Origin: Eledone cirrhosa
Taxonomy: Eukaryota
NCBI GenBank assembly: GCA_964016885.1
Contig: OZ024758.1
Location: forward strand, 20,460,001 to 20,524,000
Direction of reading: 5' to 3'
DNA length: 64,000 bases
Part shown: positions 60,251 through 64,000 of the stretch, piece by piece
How positions within the stretch are numbered: position 1 is the first letter of the stretch
Layout of the letters: each line of letters begins with the position of its first letter
Position numbers and translations under genes: made by a program
Notes under the pieces: model-generated
Database searches by the model: none
What the model saw: only the letters and a program-made list of their open reading frames with translations
What the model was told of the DNA's origin: nothing

Positions 60251-60612
60251 AGATAAATTTAAATAAAAAGTCAAATGTTTAAAATTTAGCTTCGATTATT
60301 GCTGCTACATATATTTCAGTGACAGCCATCTTTGGCTTTAACCTCTTCAGGCAGTCCGAATTAGTGAGGTATAGACAAGTACATATGTTCATATGATTCC
60401 AGTTCCTCAGTGAAATAACAACCCAACCAGGAACTGGGCATCTCAGAGTATTGACAATATTATACACATCAACAACATATGTACTTGTCTATACCACACT
60501 AATTCGGACTGCCTGAAGAGGTCACAGCCCAAAATGGCTGTCACTGAAATATATATAGTAGCAATAAACGAAGCTAAATTTTAAACATTTGACTCTTTAT
60601 TTAACTTTATTT

Positions 60613-60613
<1 letters not shown>
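60251..60613. mobile_element. Family B fold-back element with HHRs 60301-60355 (-) and 60508-60562 (+)
   Basis: Arms ~60260-60389 / 60474-60603. ACTGC CTGAAGA GGTCACAGCC..GGCTGTCACT GAAA TATATA TA GTAG. Confidence 0.87.
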
Positions 60614-60676
<63 letters not shown>

Positions 60677-60710
60677 TGTGTGTGTGTATGTATGTGTATA
60701 TATATATATA

Positions 60711-61318
60711 TGTCAGGTCACCAGTTGGTGCTACTGGTAACATGTATCCCAGTACAACCTGACTCATGGTCGGGTCGTTGGCGACTAAACTGGCAACCCC
60801 ACCGAGGTTTCTTGGTGAGGAGGGTGAAGTTGGACATCCTGCAGGACTAAAAACAAAACCTGTCAAAGGGCAAAGGAGCTCTTAAGAGTCAATGGCCATC
60901 CAAAATCACCGGGAGAGATGACCCCTTAGTCTTTGTCAAGGCAGAATTCTAGGAGAAGGAAAACTCTGATATAACACCTGCAACCCTGATGGTATCCAAT
61001 GATGTTGACTTGTTCTTCTTTTTGGTAAATATCATCTTGGTTAAGAGAGTGGGACTGGCTTTGTGCAGTGCCTTTGCTCACTATAAAAGCTTCACGGCAC
61101 AGGCATTGCTTTATATCTGGAGATCTCTCTGCACTTGTCGTCACAGGGTACCATGGGCCTAGCACTGTGTCAATAATTGTCACAAGTGTAGTGTTTGTAC
61201 CAGAGTTTTCAAGTCGCTGGCTGGACTAAAAAGTCACACTCGTTCAGCGCATTGGTAGGGGTTCTTCTACATGGATATAAAGTAGTGGCCGTACTCGAAA
61301 ACGAGGTGGCAGCCACCA
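60711..61318 (+). mobile_element. Family F ~608-bp element
   Basis: Inverse of 20764-21373; TGTCAGG...GCCACCA in TA. Confidence 0.8.
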
Positions 61319-61401
61319 TATATATATATATATATATGAGTGTGTGTATTTGTATATATATATATATATATATATGTATATTTATGTATATATGTATATG
61401 C

Positions 61402-61485
<84 letters not shown>

Positions 61486-61496
61486 GCATTTATATA

Positions 61497-61539
<43 letters not shown>

Positions 61540-61837
61540 ATATTTATATTTATATATATATATGTTTGATACAGTTCTAAATATGTACGATAGTATTAAG
61601 TACTAGCTGGTTACCAGTATGGAAAAAGGCTCAATGAAAATGTTTATGTGTTTTCGACTTTCGTCAAATCGGACAGAGGAAACAATGTTTCCATTGGTCT
61701 TTCTAATTGCTAATACCCTCTATCGGTCGCAACTCCAGGTAGAAGGAGCAATGTGAAATAAAGTGTCTTGACCAAAGATATAACGCATTGCCCGGTCCGG
61801 GAATCTAACACACAACCTCATGATTTCGAATCTAATC

Positions 61838-62722
<885 letters not shown>

Positions 62723-62735
62723 ATATATCTATATA

Positions 62736-62959
62736 TAGTGGTAGAACACTGGAAGGTAATATCCGTAGTGGTAGAGTAGTCCGTCCATGGGACGAGTTAG
62801 GTTGAGGTGGTTACACAACAGTTTGTTCACCATACCGAGAACAATTGTTTCACCTTAGCGGATCCTCATCTCGTAATGGACATGTTCATACGAGCTGTGG
62901 ATCCGCTAAGGTGAAACAATTGTTCTCGGTATGGTGAAGTAACTGTTGTGTAACCACTT
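62736..62959. mobile_element. Family H fold-back element (arms 62807-62875 / 62889-62957), HHRs 62836-62873 (-) and 62891-62928 (+)
   Basis: Arm consensus CGAG CTGAGGA T CC-GCTAA-GG T GAAA CAATTG TT CTCG. Confidence 0.85.
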
Positions 62960-64000
62960 ATATATATATATATATATATATTAAACAGATATAGGTATCA
63001 AACAAATGGAGGAGAGAGAAAAAACATTGACGCAGATTCTAACCTAATATCCATAATACGAATGTATATGCGTGCGCATACGCACAAAACATGTGTGAAC
63101 TGTTATATTAGGGAAATAATATATATATATATATATATTTATGAGTGTGTATATGTGTGTGTGAAGTTTGTATGTGTTTGTGTATGTGTATAGGTTCATA
63201 TGTGTCTGAATGTGAATTTCTCTATACACATTTGTATGTGTGTGTGAATATATGTACCAATATTACCGTATTATACATACATTAACTGCAACATGGAATT
63301 AATATTCACCATTGATTAATTAAAATATTTTACACATATTGTTTATAAGTTTATTGAATTCATTGTTGTATACATGTATAAACCAACAGACGTAGACACT
63401 TTCATTGTGCTGTGACATAATTAGTTTTGTAATTGCCGAGAGAGAAAAAAAAATGTATCAATCACGTTTCAAATACAAGCTGAGATTGCTATTTTCAATT
63501 ATCACACTCCTATGTTAAGTTTGGATTGTAGCATTGTTATATTGAATTGCTATGATTTATAAATTCTCGACAGAAATGCAAAGGCAAAGTTGCCAAGCTT
63601 AACACATGACCACGTGTTCTTTTCTAGAATTTAAATAATATTCTTAGCATATATACCAAATGTTATTGTTTCTATCTAGGTTTTCCGAAGTAGGCTTCAA
63701 ATAAGGCGTTGTATAATTGTGTTACGATACTGCAGATGGCATAATCTTACTGTGCTGAATGCGATGTAAATGTCATCGCGAGATATTTCTCATTGTTATA
63801 ATATAGAAAATATTTAAGACTGTATACATCTGAAGATAAGTGCAATATACTTTGTCCATGGATTTGTATGATATTTAGATGTTCGTTTGTTTCCTTTTTA
63901 CTTATACAATATATCTACAAACGACATTTAAAAACGGTCTTCTTTCACTGCTATATTGTATTGTATATTTAAAACTCGAGCAAAATACTGAAATAAACGT

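Overview
AT-rich, (TA)n/(CA)n-microsatellite-laden eukaryotic DNA. The SINE type and composition suggest an octopus/cephalopod (inference); no host exon can be supported. The left end holds a young, intact Penelope-like retroelement (PLE; 879-aa RT + GIY-YIG ORF) with an upstream tandem partial copy and a 1.43-kb inverted copy ending in (TA)n. The rest of the window carries many short (18 bp to 1.7 kb) insertions in (TA)n from roughly ten PLE-type families. Most are head-to-head fold-backs of an element 3' end, often with two different, family-fixed termini, and over 20 carry minimal type-I hammerhead ribozyme (HHR) motifs read by eye. In four insertions the fold-back axis lies inside the CUGANGA core. 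Also present: a 523-bp-period HHR direct repeat (retrozyme-like), about 15 tRNA-SINE copies, a non-autonomous Helitron, a CRE-like LINE 3' fragment and a 610-bp RTE-like element. RNA folds were paired manually, not computed, and family letters are my own labels.
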